Positions 29,648 to 39,913 of a DNA stretch of 64,000 nt are shown piece after piece. This DNA is from Syntrophales bacterium (GTDB taxonomy: Bacteria > Desulfobacterota > Syntrophia > Syntrophales > UBA2210), in NCBI GenBank assembly GCA_963662405.2, contig CAXXKT010000001.1, positions 896,001 to 960,000 of the forward strand. The letters run 5' to 3'. A program made the position numbers and the translations under genes. Below the pieces are notes generated by a model. It saw nothing but the letters and a program-made list of their open reading frames with translations. It ran no database searches and was not told where the DNA came from. The first letter of the stretch is position 1; each line of letters starts with the position of its first letter.

Positions 29648-30187
29648 TCAGCAATGGGGAGCAGAAGAAGCATCCGTCTTTTTCCTGCGTTCAAGTTCGG
29701 CGGCATAGCGATCGCGCAACAGTTGCAAGAACGAGAGGATGGTTGAATAAATGAAACGACCGTCCTCGCTCCCTTCCTGCTCCGCCATCGGCTTCGCCTG
29801 CTCAAAGTCTTCGATCTGCTCGTCAAGGGAGATGATCTGCTGTTCGAACTGATGGAGGATGTTTTCCTGATCAAGGAATCGGAAAAAGAACAGCTTGGTC
29901 AGGAAGTCAAAATCATAATCGACGGGATCCGGAGGTGCAGTGAGACTTTGCGTGAACGCCTTTTTCCCCGCCTCGGTAATGGTATACATATGTTTGTTTG
30001 GTTTGCCGGTCTGGAAAACCACCTCTTTGCGAACCAGATCGGCCATCTCAAGTTTCCGCAGTGCGGGATAAATCTGGTTCAGGCTCAGGTTGTAAGCGAT
30101 CATCATCTTACCGGTTATATTCTTGATACGGTAACCGGTTTTCGGCCCTGACATCAAAAAACCGAGTATCATCATATCTGTTTCCAT
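29648..30187 (-). CDS. PadR family transcriptional regulator
   Basis: ILGFLMSGPKTGY, QIYPALRKLE, KPNKHMYTITEAGK. Confidence 0.9.
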   Translation of the reverse strand: METDMMILGFLMSGPKTGYRIKNITGKMMIAYNLSLNQIYPALRKLEMADLVRKEVVFQTGKPNKHMYTITEAGKKAFTQSLTAPPDPVDYDFDFLTKLFFFRFLDQENILHQFEQQIISLDEQIEDFEQAKPMAEQEGSEDGRFIYSTILSFLQLLRDRYAAELERRKKTDASSAPHC

Positions 30188-30232
30188 CAATTCCCCTCCC
30201 ACGATATCGTTAGTGAAACCAATTCTCAGCAA

Positions 30233-30275
30233 TATACTGTTTGTGAAAAGTATAAGACCGGCGCCTCTCTGTCAA
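30233..30275 (-). promoter_or_regulatory. Sigma70-like promoter overlapped by a palindromic putative PadR operator
   Basis: Minus strand TTGACA (30275-30270)-17 nt-TACTTT; palindrome TATACT-N10-AGTATA at 30233-30254. Confidence 0.45.
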
Positions 30276-30365
30276 GGCAAATGTGCCCCTGTGACGCATG
30301 GTTATGTCTCCCCGGGCAAGGCGATATTCCCGGGGAGGAAGGGAATTCATTAAAGATGAGTCTTA

Positions 30366-31757
30366 CTATTTCAATAGCTGCGGAACGTCCAGCGGGACAT
30401 CGACGGGTGTTACCACTCTGTCAACAATTTCCCTGGTTCCGGACAGGTTGAGTTTGCCGAAGAGGAAAACAAACTTCTCTTCCAGTTCCGCCCCTATCGC
30501 CTCCAGTACGGTGGGCGGGAGGTCCCACATATCCTTCTTGAAGCGGCCGAACCCCTTCTTTCTGGTCTTGTAGATGAACTGCTCCTCGGAATCTTTTTCC
30601 TTCTTCTCACCCCGCAGATCGGTTTTGATGTACGTGTATATACGTTCTTTCAGGTCCGCAGGGAACGGTCCACTGTCATAGATAATATTCTGGAATCCCG
30701 TCGCCAGATGCACCTCCGACGTCCCCGTCTCCGGGAAACGGTGAAACGCCTCGTCGGGAAGGGTCGATGCCCCGTGTTGCACGGCCCCCGACAGGCCGTA
30801 CCTGGATTTTGCGACCCGGGAGATGTCCTCCAGGGTGCCGAAATCCAGTTTGACCTCGGCGATCGAACCGTCAGGGAGCGGGACACCCCCGTGGGTTGTC
30901 CCCGTCTGGATGCTGATCTTGCTGATCCCCTTCAGCCCGTCTCCTTTCTTTTTCAATTCGACGAGATAATTGTCCATAAAGACATTAAATTCTTCCACGG
31001 TGGTGTTTTTATCGCCGATCTCGCCGATCTCACCCCCGATCGAGACCGTGACTCCGTCCGGTTCTATCTCACGTATCAGGGCGGTTATATCTGCTGTGAC
31101 GGTATAATTCCGTTCCTGCTGTTCCCTGATGGAGGGCCAGCTGAGATCGGCCAGCGTGGAGGCATCGACGTCGATATTGTAAAATCCCGCACCGATTGCT
31201 TCCCGCACCAGCGACGTGACTGACTCATGCTCCGCAGCGGGATCCACGGCATACTTCTTCGCATTGAGCTGGAAGTGGTCACCCTGCAGAAAGAGAGGTC
31301 CCCTGTATCCCGTCTTTATCGCGGCGGCGGTTATAACGGCGGTGTACTCCGCAGGGCGTTGCTCGGTGTACCCGATCTCCGAACGGGCGATCTCAAAGAT
31401 GACGGGTCCGACACCTGCCTTTATGGCCGCCCGGAACACCGCCTGGGCACTGTGATAGGTGATCCCGCGCAGGTTGATCGCCGGTACGGTGAATCCCGAT
31501 ACGCTCCCGCTCCCCATTGCCTCGTACAGGGACTGGATCGATGAGGCCACGCAGCCCCTCTGTACGCCGGCCCTTCGGATCAACCACCGTGAGGCTGTCT
31601 TGACTTCCTCGTCGGGGCTGAAGACGGCGGTGTACACCAGATCATCGATCAGCGTCTCCCGCAGGCGTTGTTCATCGGATAAACTGATATCCCCTGTGTC
31701 GATTGCCAACACGCCGGAGATACCCTGTTTGAGTTGGTCTATTGTCTCGTATATCAT
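30366..31757 (-). CDS. Class II fructose-bisphosphate aldolase family protein
   Basis: FTVPAIN, LQGDH, IDVDAS, GGEIGEIG, GTTHGG, QHGAS; directly downstream of fbp. Confidence 0.85.
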   Translation of the reverse strand: MIYETIDQLKQGISGVLAIDTGDISLSDEQRLRETLIDDLVYTAVFSPDEEVKTASRWLIRRAGVQRGCVASSIQSLYEAMGSGSVSGFTVPAINLRGITYHSAQAVFRAAIKAGVGPVIFEIARSEIGYTEQRPAEYTAVITAAAIKTGYRGPLFLQGDHFQLNAKKYAVDPAAEHESVTSLVREAIGAGFYNIDVDASTLADLSWPSIREQQERNYTVTADITALIREIEPDGVTVSIGGEIGEIGDKNTTVEEFNVFMDNYLVELKKKGDGLKGISKISIQTGTTHGGVPLPDGSIAEVKLDFGTLEDISRVAKSRYGLSGAVQHGASTLPDEAFHRFPETGTSEVHLATGFQNIIYDSGPFPADLKERIYTYIKTDLRGEKKEKDSEEQFIYKTRKKGFGRFKKDMWDLPPTVLEAIGAELEEKFVFLFGKLNLSGTREIVDRVVTPVDVPLDVPQLLK

Positions 31758-31804
31758 AACAGATCCCCCTGTATGTTTAGAATGGGCCGTGGAGCGACCA
31801 TCGA

Positions 31805-32752
31805 TCAATCCCCGAGGAATTCCTTTGCCCGTTCCACCTCATGTCTGCTTCCTATATAGATGGGGCAGCGCTGATCGAGTGCCTTCGGTTTCAGCGAAAG
31901 GATGCGCTGCCTCCCGTCCGTCGCCATCCCCCCCGCCTGTTCGACAAGAAATCCCATGGGCTGAAGTTCGAAGATGAGGCGGAGTTTTCCGTCCGGCGCC
32001 CCCTTCAGCGCCGGATAAGAGAAGATTCCTCCCCGTTTTATCAGGAGCTGGTTGATATCGGAGATAAAGGCTCCGCTGTACCGCACCTTGTACCCCTCGT
32101 CTTCAAGTTCCTGGATGTAGGCACGGTGTTCGGGAGTCCAATCTCTCCTGAGCCCGCCGGCACCCAGTATGTTCCCCCGCTCTTTAAACGTAATATTCTC
32201 ACCGGAAAGGACATATTCCCCCTCCTTGTTGAGGACGAATTCATGGGTCCCGTTCCCTGCCGAGTATATCATCGTGATCAGGGGTCCATAGATGATCGCC
32301 ATCGCGGCCACGAGGCTCTTATTCCCTTCTTCCAGGATAGAGGGGGCCCTGTGGATACCGATGATGGTCCCGATCGCGAGGTTGGTTTCCACCAGAGAAG
32401 ACCCGTCCAGGGGATCCGCGGTTACGATAAATTTTTCCTCTCCCTTTCCCACCGGGATGATTGAATCCCTCTCTTCGGACGCGTAGTGGCTGACAAAACC
32501 CGAGAATGTGAGCTGCTGTTTGATAATCTCATCGGAACTCATGTCCAGGGCGAGTTGATCTTCCCCGTAGATATTCTTTTCGCCGGCCAGCTTCCGGTTT
32601 GATTCCTGTATCTTGGAGTAGATGTATTTCCCCGTAACGGCTGTCTGCCAGATCAGCCTCCGCAGATCCTGATCGATACCGGCCATCCACATGTGCCGTC
32701 TCAGATCGATGAAGTGTTTGGTCGCATCAGATATATTGTCCATAGTCATCAC
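31805..32752 (-). CDS. fbp: Class 1 fructose-1,6-bisphosphatase
   Basis: NIYGEDQLALD, ASEE, DPLDGSS, RYSG, GKLRLIFE, EQAGG. Confidence 0.93.
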   Translation of the reverse strand: MMTMDNISDATKHFIDLRRHMWMAGIDQDLRRLIWQTAVTGKYIYSKIQESNRKLAGEKNIYGEDQLALDMSSDEIIKQQLTFSGFVSHYASEERDSIIPVGKGEEKFIVTADPLDGSSLVETNLAIGTIIGIHRAPSILEEGNKSLVAAMAIIYGPLITMIYSAGNGTHEFVLNKEGEYVLSGENITFKERGNILGAGGLRRDWTPEHRAYIQELEDEGYKVRYSGAFISDINQLLIKRGGIFSYPALKGAPDGKLRLIFELQPMGFLVEQAGGMATDGRQRILSLKPKALDQRCPIYIGSRHEVERAKEFLGD

Positions 32753-32800
32753 CTCTGCTCTGCGTATAATAATTTTCTAACAAGGAAGCGTACGTTGTTC

Positions 32801-33604
32801 CTATTCCCCTTTGAAATTGGGTGTGCGTTTCTCCGCAAAGGCCGTCATTGCCTCGGCACAATCTTTTGAGGTGAGGAGGATCATATTCTTATGGATCGCG
32901 AATGATATCCCCTCCCGGATTGTTGCCGTCCGGCTGTAGTTGAGGACCTCCTTGGCATTCTGAACCGCCAGGGGGGCGCTTTCCTTCATTTCCTCGGCCA
33001 GTTTGCTCGCCCCGGCCATCAAGGCCTCCTGATCCGGATAAATATCGATTACCAGCCCCATTCGCTCGACCTCCCCGGCCGAGAAGAATCGTCCCGTATA
33101 GGCCATCTGCCGCGTGAAGGCCTGACCGATGAGATAGGGGAGTCGTTGGAGCACGCCCATATCGGCAACGATACCGATCCGCGCCTCGCGGAGGGTGAAA
33201 GACGCATCCTCGGTACAGAGACGCAGATCGCACGCACAGATGATATCGAGGCCGGCACCGACGCACATCCCGTGGACGGCGGCGATCACCGGTTTCTTGC
33301 ACTCTTCGATAACGTGACAGCAGTCGAAGAGGGCGCGGTCATCGATGGGGATGTTGAGCATGTTCTTCGGTTTTCCGATCAGCCCCCGCGACATGGCGTC
33401 CTTAAGATCGAGCCCCGCGCAGAAGATCCGGGCGTTACTCTTCAGGATGATGACCCAGACATCCTGCATCGTGCTCAATTCGGTAAACACATCGACAATC
33501 TCCTGTGCGAAATCTATGCTGAGGGCGTTGAGGCTCTTCGTCCTGTTCAGTGCCACCGTTGCGACGTGATCCTCTATCGTTACTTCTATCCACTGATAAT
33601 CCAT
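32801..33604 (-). CDS. Enoyl-CoA hydratase/isomerase (dienoyl-CoA isomerase-like)
   Basis: FCAGLDL, KPVIAAVHGMCVGAGLD, ADMGVLQRLP. Confidence 0.9.
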   Translation of the reverse strand: MDYQWIEVTIEDHVATVALNRTKSLNALSIDFAQEIVDVFTELSTMQDVWVIILKSNARIFCAGLDLKDAMSRGLIGKPKNMLNIPIDDRALFDCCHVIEECKKPVIAAVHGMCVGAGLDIICACDLRLCTEDASFTLREARIGIVADMGVLQRLPYLIGQAFTRQMAYTGRFFSAGEVERMGLVIDIYPDQEALMAGASKLAEEMKESAPLAVQNAKEVLNYSRTATIREGISFAIHKNMILLTSKDCAEAMTAFAEKRTPNFKGE

Positions 33605-33776
33605 AATCACCAGTCCCTCCCATTCATATTTATCGTGCTGGGAGAGCATTACCACCAAAGAGAAAAAAATACAATCGGAAGAGGGAAAGGGCTCTTCCGG
33701 CTGGTCCAAAAGGATCAATCGCGACTGGAGAAAATCCACAGGGGTGTGATAGGGTAGCGATGAAGGAGGGTTGGTG

Positions 33777-34577
33777 ATGGATAGAGCGAATATCGACTAT
33801 GGGATCCTCGACCGACCCGAAATTCTGCACCTCCTCTTCTATCCCCGCCGGGATGAGAGTCCTGCCCCGACCGGAGGCAATGTTCACGACCTGCAGATCC
33901 CCGTGGAGGAGGGAGTGTCTATCGGCGCCCGGTTCCACGAGGCAACCGCCGCCGCCCCCACGATCCTCTTTTTCCACGGGAACGGAGAGATCGTTGCCGA
34001 TTACGACGATCTCGGCCCCCTCTATGCCCACACGGGAATCAACTTTCTCCCCGTCGATTACCGGGGATACGGACGCTCCACCGGGACCCCCACGGTGACG
34101 GCGATGATGCGCGACTGCCACACCATCTTTGCCTCTGTCCGGGACTGGCTCGCCGGAGGGGGGTACACGGGACCCCTGATCGTCATGGGGCGTTCACTGG
34201 GGAGCGCCTCAGCCCTCGAGATCGCTGCTTACTATCAAGACCGGATCGCAGGGCTCATTATCGAGAGCGGGTTCGCCTACCTGATGCCGCTCCTCCGGTT
34301 GATCGGCGTCTCCCCCCTCAGGATGGGGATTACCGAGGAAGACGGCTGCCGGAATATCGAGAAGATCAAGACCGTTACCCGGCCCACGCTGATCATCCAC
34401 GCCCAGTCCGACCAGATTATCCCCCTGAGCGATGGCGAGGCCCTTTACGGAGCCGCGGCGGCCGATGACAGACGCATTCTTGTCATTCCCGGAGCCGATC
34501 ACAATACGATATTTATCCGGGGTTTTACGGAATATATGGCGGCGATTGGAGACTTCCTCACACGGATATCCAGATGA
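33777..34577 (+). CDS. Alpha/beta hydrolase
   Basis: FFHGNGE, DYRGYGRS, nucleophile GRSLG, D (SDQII), H (ADHN). Confidence 0.92.
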   Translation: MDRANIDYGILDRPEILHLLFYPRRDESPAPTGGNVHDLQIPVEEGVSIGARFHEATAAAPTILFFHGNGEIVADYDDLGPLYAHTGINFLPVDYRGYGRSTGTPTVTAMMRDCHTIFASVRDWLAGGGYTGPLIVMGRSLGSASALEIAAYYQDRIAGLIIESGFAYLMPLLRLIGVSPLRMGITEEDGCRNIEKIKTVTRPTLIIHAQSDQIIPLSDGEALYGAAAADDRRILVIPGADHNTIFIRGFTEYMAAIGDFLTRISR

Positions 34578-35606
34578 TCACCCCTCCGAAGCATGGAACC
34601 CGATCTCCCGGGCGAAAGAAAACTGCCGCTGCCAGGGGACGTGCGGGTGGGTCCGGGTGATGATTTCCCCACCCAGGTGCCGGAGTGATGCCTGATCAAC
34701 GGTCACCGGGTGGTATCCGCCGATGAACCCATGATCGGGGGCAATGGTCTCGGCCTTCCCCGGGAGGCAGTCGCAGTCGGCGGTTATCTTGACAAGGGCG
34801 TTGATGAGGATCGTTTTTTCCGCGATACGCCGCCACACCGCCGCCGCGGTCTCCACCAGCTTTTCCTGAAAGATGCTCGAATCTCCCGAAAAGAAAATCT
34901 GCAGCGCCATCACGGGGCACAGACCGATACACTGCGCGCAGCCGATACACCGCTCCAGGTCGTACGTGGGGAGCACATCGCCCGAGATCTGCGCGGCGCC
35001 GGTGGGGCAGACATCGGCACAGACACGGCAGCGGGTACACCGTTCTTCAATGAGAGATGGGTAGGCGTCCGCGTGCATCCGCTGCTTCTGGGCCCGCGAC
35101 GCGAATCCCATGGAGAGGTTTTTGATTGCCCCGCCGAATCCAGCGCCCAGATGTCCCTTGAAGTGCGAGAAGATGACAAATCCAGTCGCCTTCTCTATGA
35201 TCGATCCCGTCTGCACCGTGGGAAAGTGTCGAAAGGCGCAGGGGATATCCACCGCCTCGTTTCCGTCGAGGCCGTCCCCGATCACGACCTCACAGCCGAG
35301 GTACTCCTCCGTATAGCCATGCCCCGCTGCCGTCTCGAGAGAATCTTTCCCGTCACGGCGTCCTCCGGAATAGAGGACCGTCGTGTCGAAAACAAAGGGG
35401 CGCACCCCCCTGTCCCGGAGCCATCCGGCAATCGCGCGCGCGTATACCGGCGGCAGGTAGCTGTCATTTCCCCGTTCCCCCCAGTGGAGCTTTATCCCGA
35501 CCGAATCCCCCGTGTGAAAAGGATGGTGCATCTGCGCGAGGAGCCTCTGCAGGGCCTCAACGGCCCCTCGTTCACCCCCCGCAGTTTCGGAAAAGAGAAT
35601 ATTCAT
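34578..35606 (-). CDS. DUF362 domain protein with 2x[4Fe-4S] ferredoxin insert
   Basis: IKLHWGE, SHFKGH, GGAIKNLSMG, CTRCRVCADVCP, CIGCAQCIGLCP, DCDC. Confidence 0.88.
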   Translation of the reverse strand: MNILFSETAGGERGAVEALQRLLAQMHHPFHTGDSVGIKLHWGERGNDSYLPPVYARAIAGWLRDRGVRPFVFDTTVLYSGGRRDGKDSLETAAGHGYTEEYLGCEVVIGDGLDGNEAVDIPCAFRHFPTVQTGSIIEKATGFVIFSHFKGHLGAGFGGAIKNLSMGFASRAQKQRMHADAYPSLIEERCTRCRVCADVCPTGAAQISGDVLPTYDLERCIGCAQCIGLCPVMALQIFFSGDSSIFQEKLVETAAAVWRRIAEKTILINALVKITADCDCLPGKAETIAPDHGFIGGYHPVTVDQASLRHLGGEIITRTHPHVPWQRQFSFAREIGFHASEG

Positions 35607-35777
35607 AGGGTGATAGTCCTACAACTGCACCCGGAAAAAAACGCAAAAGATCATGAGCCATATCTCCCCTTCTCTTGTCGATAATGGCGTTGATGTTTTC
35701 CACCCCTTCTGGTACAGTACCGATGAAGTATAACCACCCAAGAATATTTGACATACGGGGCATTGTCGGGTGTGGGA

Positions 35778-37475
35778 ATGGACAGGGCAGCGTTGAATTC
35801 ATACAACGGACTTCCGGGAAAAGTTGAGATCCCGGGGCTGACCACCGAGACACGGGGATTTTACGATCTCAGGGACAATCTCGCCAAGGATCTTGCCGTC
35901 CTGCGGTACAAGGAGCAACAGCCCCTCGCCTGGGTGGTGTTCGTCGGGGGAACGGGAACGGGCAAATCGACACTCTTCAACGCGCTGTGCGGCGCTCAGA
36001 TCAGCAGGGTCGGGGTGGAACGGCCCACAACGGATATCCCGGTCGTATACATCCACACCACCCATGTGCCGGATGAATCCTTTCCCCTGTCGGACGTGCC
36101 GATACAATCAGAACAAGCCGAAACCCGCAACCACGGCACAGGGATACCCCTGGTCGTCTCCCCCCACGACCGGCATGATATCGCCCATCTCGCGCTGGTC
36201 GACACCCCCGACCTCGACAGTCTCGATCTTGCGAATCGCCGGATGACCGAAGATCTGTATCGCCTGGCCGATCTGGTCGTCTTCGTGACCAGCCAGGAAA
36301 AATACGCGGACGAGATCCCCTCACGGATACTCGACCGTGTGACACGGGAGGGGAAACCGTATCTCTTCCTCTTCAATAAGGCCGATCCCGACACCACGCG
36401 GGAAGAGGTTATCGCCTTCTTCCGGAAGCGGGGAATGGCACTCGAAGACAACCGGGTGGGACTCATACCCTATACCACTACGCTCTCCCCGCAATGTCTT
36501 GCCGAAGAGCCATCATTCGCCCGATTCACCGACCGCCTCCGGGAGATCGTCCGGGAAGAAAACTGCCGTGGTTTCCTCGCGGGTCAGAGAAAGCTCCGGG
36601 TCGCGCAGATCACCAGCTCCCTCGCATCTTTCCTTGACCTCCTGAAACGGGAGAAGACCGCCGGAGACCGATGGCTCCACCGGCTCGACGCCCTCTTTGA
36701 AGAACAGGAACGCGCCCTCTTCCAACAGTTCGAAACCCATTTCAAACGGGATAATCAGGGGCATATCCAGCAGGAGATCGGCAAGATCTACAGTCGCTAT
36801 GATATCCTCTCGAAGCCGCGACACTACATCAAACAGATCGTCCTCGCCCCCCTGACCCTCCTCGGGATTCGTGACCGGGACGGGGACCACATGCATAAAA
36901 AAGATCTGGAAGAGATACGGAAACAGACGGATATTACACCGATCCTTTCTGCAATCAGCGCGGCAAACCGCCGTGTCCTTGAAGATCTGCACCCGGAAGA
37001 TCAGGGGTCTCCCTTCTCCTCGGCTCTTCAACAGGATACCCTCGTCCTCTCCGACGGAGAGGTTCGGGATCACATCGAACGGCTGCAGGAGGACCTGATG
37101 GCATGGATTGAACGGAAATTCCGTGACCTCGCCAAAGGAATCCCCAAATATAAAGAGGTGGGGATCTATTCCACCGCTATCATGTGGGGGGGATTGATCC
37201 TCTCCTTCGAGATCGTTATCGGCGGCGGTATCGGTGTTATCGAGGCGGCACTGGATTCGTTTCTGGCGCCCCTGGTGACGAAAGGGTCGGTCAGTCTTTT
37301 CGCGTACCACGAGATCCAGGGTATCGCCCGTCAGTTGGACGCGAAGTACCGCGAGGGGGTTCAGTCGATCCTTACGGAGCAGAAGACGCGGTACATGTCC
37401 TGTATGGGACCCTTTCTGATACGGGAGGACATGATCACGGCATTGGAAGACCTGAAGGCGGAGCTGGAGCAATAG
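35778..37475 (+). CDS. Dynamin-like / TRAFAC GTPase 1
   Basis: G1 GGTGTGKS, RPTT, DTPD, TSQEKYAD, G4 NKAD; helical region; Gly-rich hydrophobic segment near the C-terminus. Confidence 0.8.
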   Translation: MDRAALNSYNGLPGKVEIPGLTTETRGFYDLRDNLAKDLAVLRYKEQQPLAWVVFVGGTGTGKSTLFNALCGAQISRVGVERPTTDIPVVYIHTTHVPDESFPLSDVPIQSEQAETRNHGTGIPLVVSPHDRHDIAHLALVDTPDLDSLDLANRRMTEDLYRLADLVVFVTSQEKYADEIPSRILDRVTREGKPYLFLFNKADPDTTREEVIAFFRKRGMALEDNRVGLIPYTTTLSPQCLAEEPSFARFTDRLREIVREENCRGFLAGQRKLRVAQITSSLASFLDLLKREKTAGDRWLHRLDALFEEQERALFQQFETHFKRDNQGHIQQEIGKIYSRYDILSKPRHYIKQIVLAPLTLLGIRDRDGDHMHKKDLEEIRKQTDITPILSAISAANRRVLEDLHPEDQGSPFSSALQQDTLVLSDGEVRDHIERLQEDLMAWIERKFRDLAKGIPKYKEVGIYSTAIMWGGLILSFEIVIGGGIGVIEAALDSFLAPLVTKGSVSLFAYHEIQGIARQLDAKYREGVQSILTEQKTRYMSCMGPFLIREDMITALEDLKAELEQ

Positions 37476-37478
37476 AAA

Positions 37479-39203
37479 ATGATCGATTTCACTACACGCC
37501 TGCGCGACAGCATCCGGGAGGCACAAAGCATCGCCCGAAAGGCCGACCTCGTGACCCTTTCACAGGACGAGCGGGAGCGAGCCATCCGGGAGGCACAGGA
37601 CCTCCTCGAAAAGCTCGATGCCGCGGCGCAGCGGTACCTGGTAGTCGGCCTGCTGGGGGGGACCGGCGTCGGCAAGTCAACCCTGATGAACGCCCTTGCC
37701 GGGGCCTCGATCTCGTCCGCCAGCCACCGCAGGCCGCACACCGACGCGATCCTGCTCTACCGCCACGGAGATACCCCCCTCCCCTTCCTTCCCGCCCCCG
37801 AGACCGCCTGGGAGGAATTCAGTCATACCGAAGATGCCCTGCGGGAGATCATCCTGTGTGACCTCCCCGACTATGACAGCCTCCTCGCGGAGCACCGGCG
37901 GCAGGTCCTCGGATTTATGGAGCATATCGATATCCTGGTATGGCTGACCTCGCCCGAAAAATATGCCGACGGCAGTTTCTACCAATTTCTCTCCCTGATA
38001 CCGAAATCCCGACATAATTTCTATTTCGCCGTCAACAAGGCCGACCTCCTCTTCGACGGCACGGGCACGGAGGAAGGATATGAGAAGCTGCGGCGGGTCC
38101 ACGCGGACTTCCAGGGACACCTGCGGAGGGTCGATATCGTCACCCCGACCATCTATCTCCTCTCCGCGGCGGAGGCCTGTACTGAATCGGTCCTCTCCCC
38201 CTGGAATCAGTTTCCCGTCCTTCGGCAGGAGATCTTTCGTCAGAGGGACGAGAAAGAGATACAGAGCATCAAGACCGCAAATCTGGACCAGGAATACACC
38301 CGCTACCTCATGCTCTTTGCAGACGAACTGGCACACCTCGAGGCAATGCATGACATCCTGACCGGGACGATAGGACGGATCGAAGGGGGAATCTCCGAAG
38401 ATCAGGCATTTATTGAGGAAGCGGTCCATGCCGCCATGGACGGGAGCGTCCGGGGTGAGATCCGGTCGCAGATAGAGGACATCACCGTTCTGGCCGGGCC
38501 CGGCTACGGCGTTGCGGCATTCCTGCAGCACTGGAAATACCGGGGACAGGGCCGGGACAAAGAAAGGGAATACACGACATTCGGTCTTGCCGTGGAACGA
38601 ACGGTTCGGGTACTGCAGCGGCGGATTGAACATATCACGAACAGCATCATCAGTGGGATCATGAGACGAGGGGCGCACCGAGCGATGATCGGAGAGGTTG
38701 AGAAGGTGCTCAGGCAGAAACAGAACATGGAAACGATCCCGGAATCGCTTGGGCGCACGGTGAGCGACCGGATTGATTCCGCGCACCGGGATCGGCATCC
38801 CCTGTTTCGCACAAGCCAGTATGCCGTCTACTTCTTCCTTCTGATGGCACTCATTGCCGCCCTTGCCGGGGAAGAGGCATGGCAGGGCCTTTACGCAAAC
38901 CCGGCACCGGCTTCGCTTATGAATTTCGTCTTTACCGCCTTCTACAACCTCTTCAGCCCCGGCGGTCTGGCAGCGCTGGGAAGCTACGCCCTCATCAATC
39001 TCTTTTTCGGCCTCTGGTTTTACCGCCGGTACCGCGCCCTTACCGAAAGAAAAACGGACGAGATCCTCAACTCCGTTGTCAAGGACGTGGGGAGCCTGTG
39101 GCACAAGGTGGTTGACAGATTCATCACCGCGCTGAAGGAACACGACCGTACCCTGGGGGTTACGGCACGTTCCCTGAAAACACTGAAACACGATGACAGA
39201 TAA
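37479..39203 (+). CDS. Dynamin-like / TRAFAC GTPase 2 with C-terminal TM helices
   Basis: G1 GGTGVGKS, RPHT, DLPD, TSPEKYAD, NKAD; hydrophobic YAVYFFLLMALIAAL and ALINLFFGLWFY. Confidence 0.8.
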   Translation: MIDFTTRLRDSIREAQSIARKADLVTLSQDERERAIREAQDLLEKLDAAAQRYLVVGLLGGTGVGKSTLMNALAGASISSASHRRPHTDAILLYRHGDTPLPFLPAPETAWEEFSHTEDALREIILCDLPDYDSLLAEHRRQVLGFMEHIDILVWLTSPEKYADGSFYQFLSLIPKSRHNFYFAVNKADLLFDGTGTEEGYEKLRRVHADFQGHLRRVDIVTPTIYLLSAAEACTESVLSPWNQFPVLRQEIFRQRDEKEIQSIKTANLDQEYTRYLMLFADELAHLEAMHDILTGTIGRIEGGISEDQAFIEEAVHAAMDGSVRGEIRSQIEDITVLAGPGYGVAAFLQHWKYRGQGRDKEREYTTFGLAVERTVRVLQRRIEHITNSIISGIMRRGAHRAMIGEVEKVLRQKQNMETIPESLGRTVSDRIDSAHRDRHPLFRTSQYAVYFFLLMALIAALAGEEAWQGLYANPAPASLMNFVFTAFYNLFSPGGLAALGSYALINLFFGLWFYRRYRALTERKTDEILNSVVKDVGSLWHKVVDRFITALKEHDRTLGVTARSLKTLKHDDR

Positions 39204-39354
39204 GTGATCTTGGTTTGTCACAGACAAGAGGCACAATCTTCGAAAAACCCATGCCTGCGTAAATCAGCTATTGACATAACTCATCGAACATGCTTGAGTA
39301 AGTTATGGTATGGTAGGGGGGTTTACAAAAGGAGTGGAAAAGTGAGAAATCACG

Positions 39355-39400
39355 CACGAAGCCCCGTCTCTCATCATAAGAGGCGGGGCTTCGTGTTTAT
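39355..39400. terminator. Strong hairpin between convergent transcription units
   Basis: cacgaagccccgtctct-catcata-agaggcggggcttcgtg followed by tttat. Confidence 0.7.
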
Positions 39401-39440
39401 AGACTAATCTGCAGACATCACTTAAAATAAATCGGCTCTT

Positions 39441-39763
39441 CTATCGAGACGTCCGGTAGGACTCATCGACGATTGCGAGGAGATCGGGGGTGAGGCATCC
39501 CCGGACCTCGCGTCGAACGTTCTCGGGGACAACCCCGTAGAAGGCCTCTGCGATTCCGCCCTGTGATACAGGCCAGCGTATCGCTGTCTCCCCCCAGCGA
39601 TATGGCATTACGAACGGCATCCTCTCCCGACCGGACCAGAAAGACGGCAAGGGCCGTCGTCGGTGAACCGGCACCGGGGATCAAAGAGCGGGAACTCTTA
39701 GGTCTTAACAGGCCGGGCCTCATAGAGCGACCCGATGATATCACCGGCAATCGCTCCGATCAT
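39441..39763 (-). pseudogene. ADP-ribosylglycohydrolase (DraG/ARH family) pseudogene
   Basis: MIGAIAGDIIGSLYE; TAA at codon 22; FTDD; then joined almost directly to NAISLGGDSDTLACITG, a frameshift, and GIAEAFYG. Confidence 0.85.
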
Positions 39764-39913
39764 TGTTCATCCTTTTCGAAAAAACCTTATGAACAGCATC
39801 TCCTTTGCCGACAGCCGTTCGCCCCTCTCCCATCATCACGATATGGCCCATAGCAAAGAACCCGGCGGTGAGCGGTGTAGCGTAACCGACAGAGTATGGC
39901 AGTATCCTCTTGC

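Noticed and set aside
39310..39317. atggtagg matching the tRNA-Val 3' end (possible att site) at the edge of the minus-strand run
   Set aside because: Only 8 bp, expected by chance in 64 kb; no integrase
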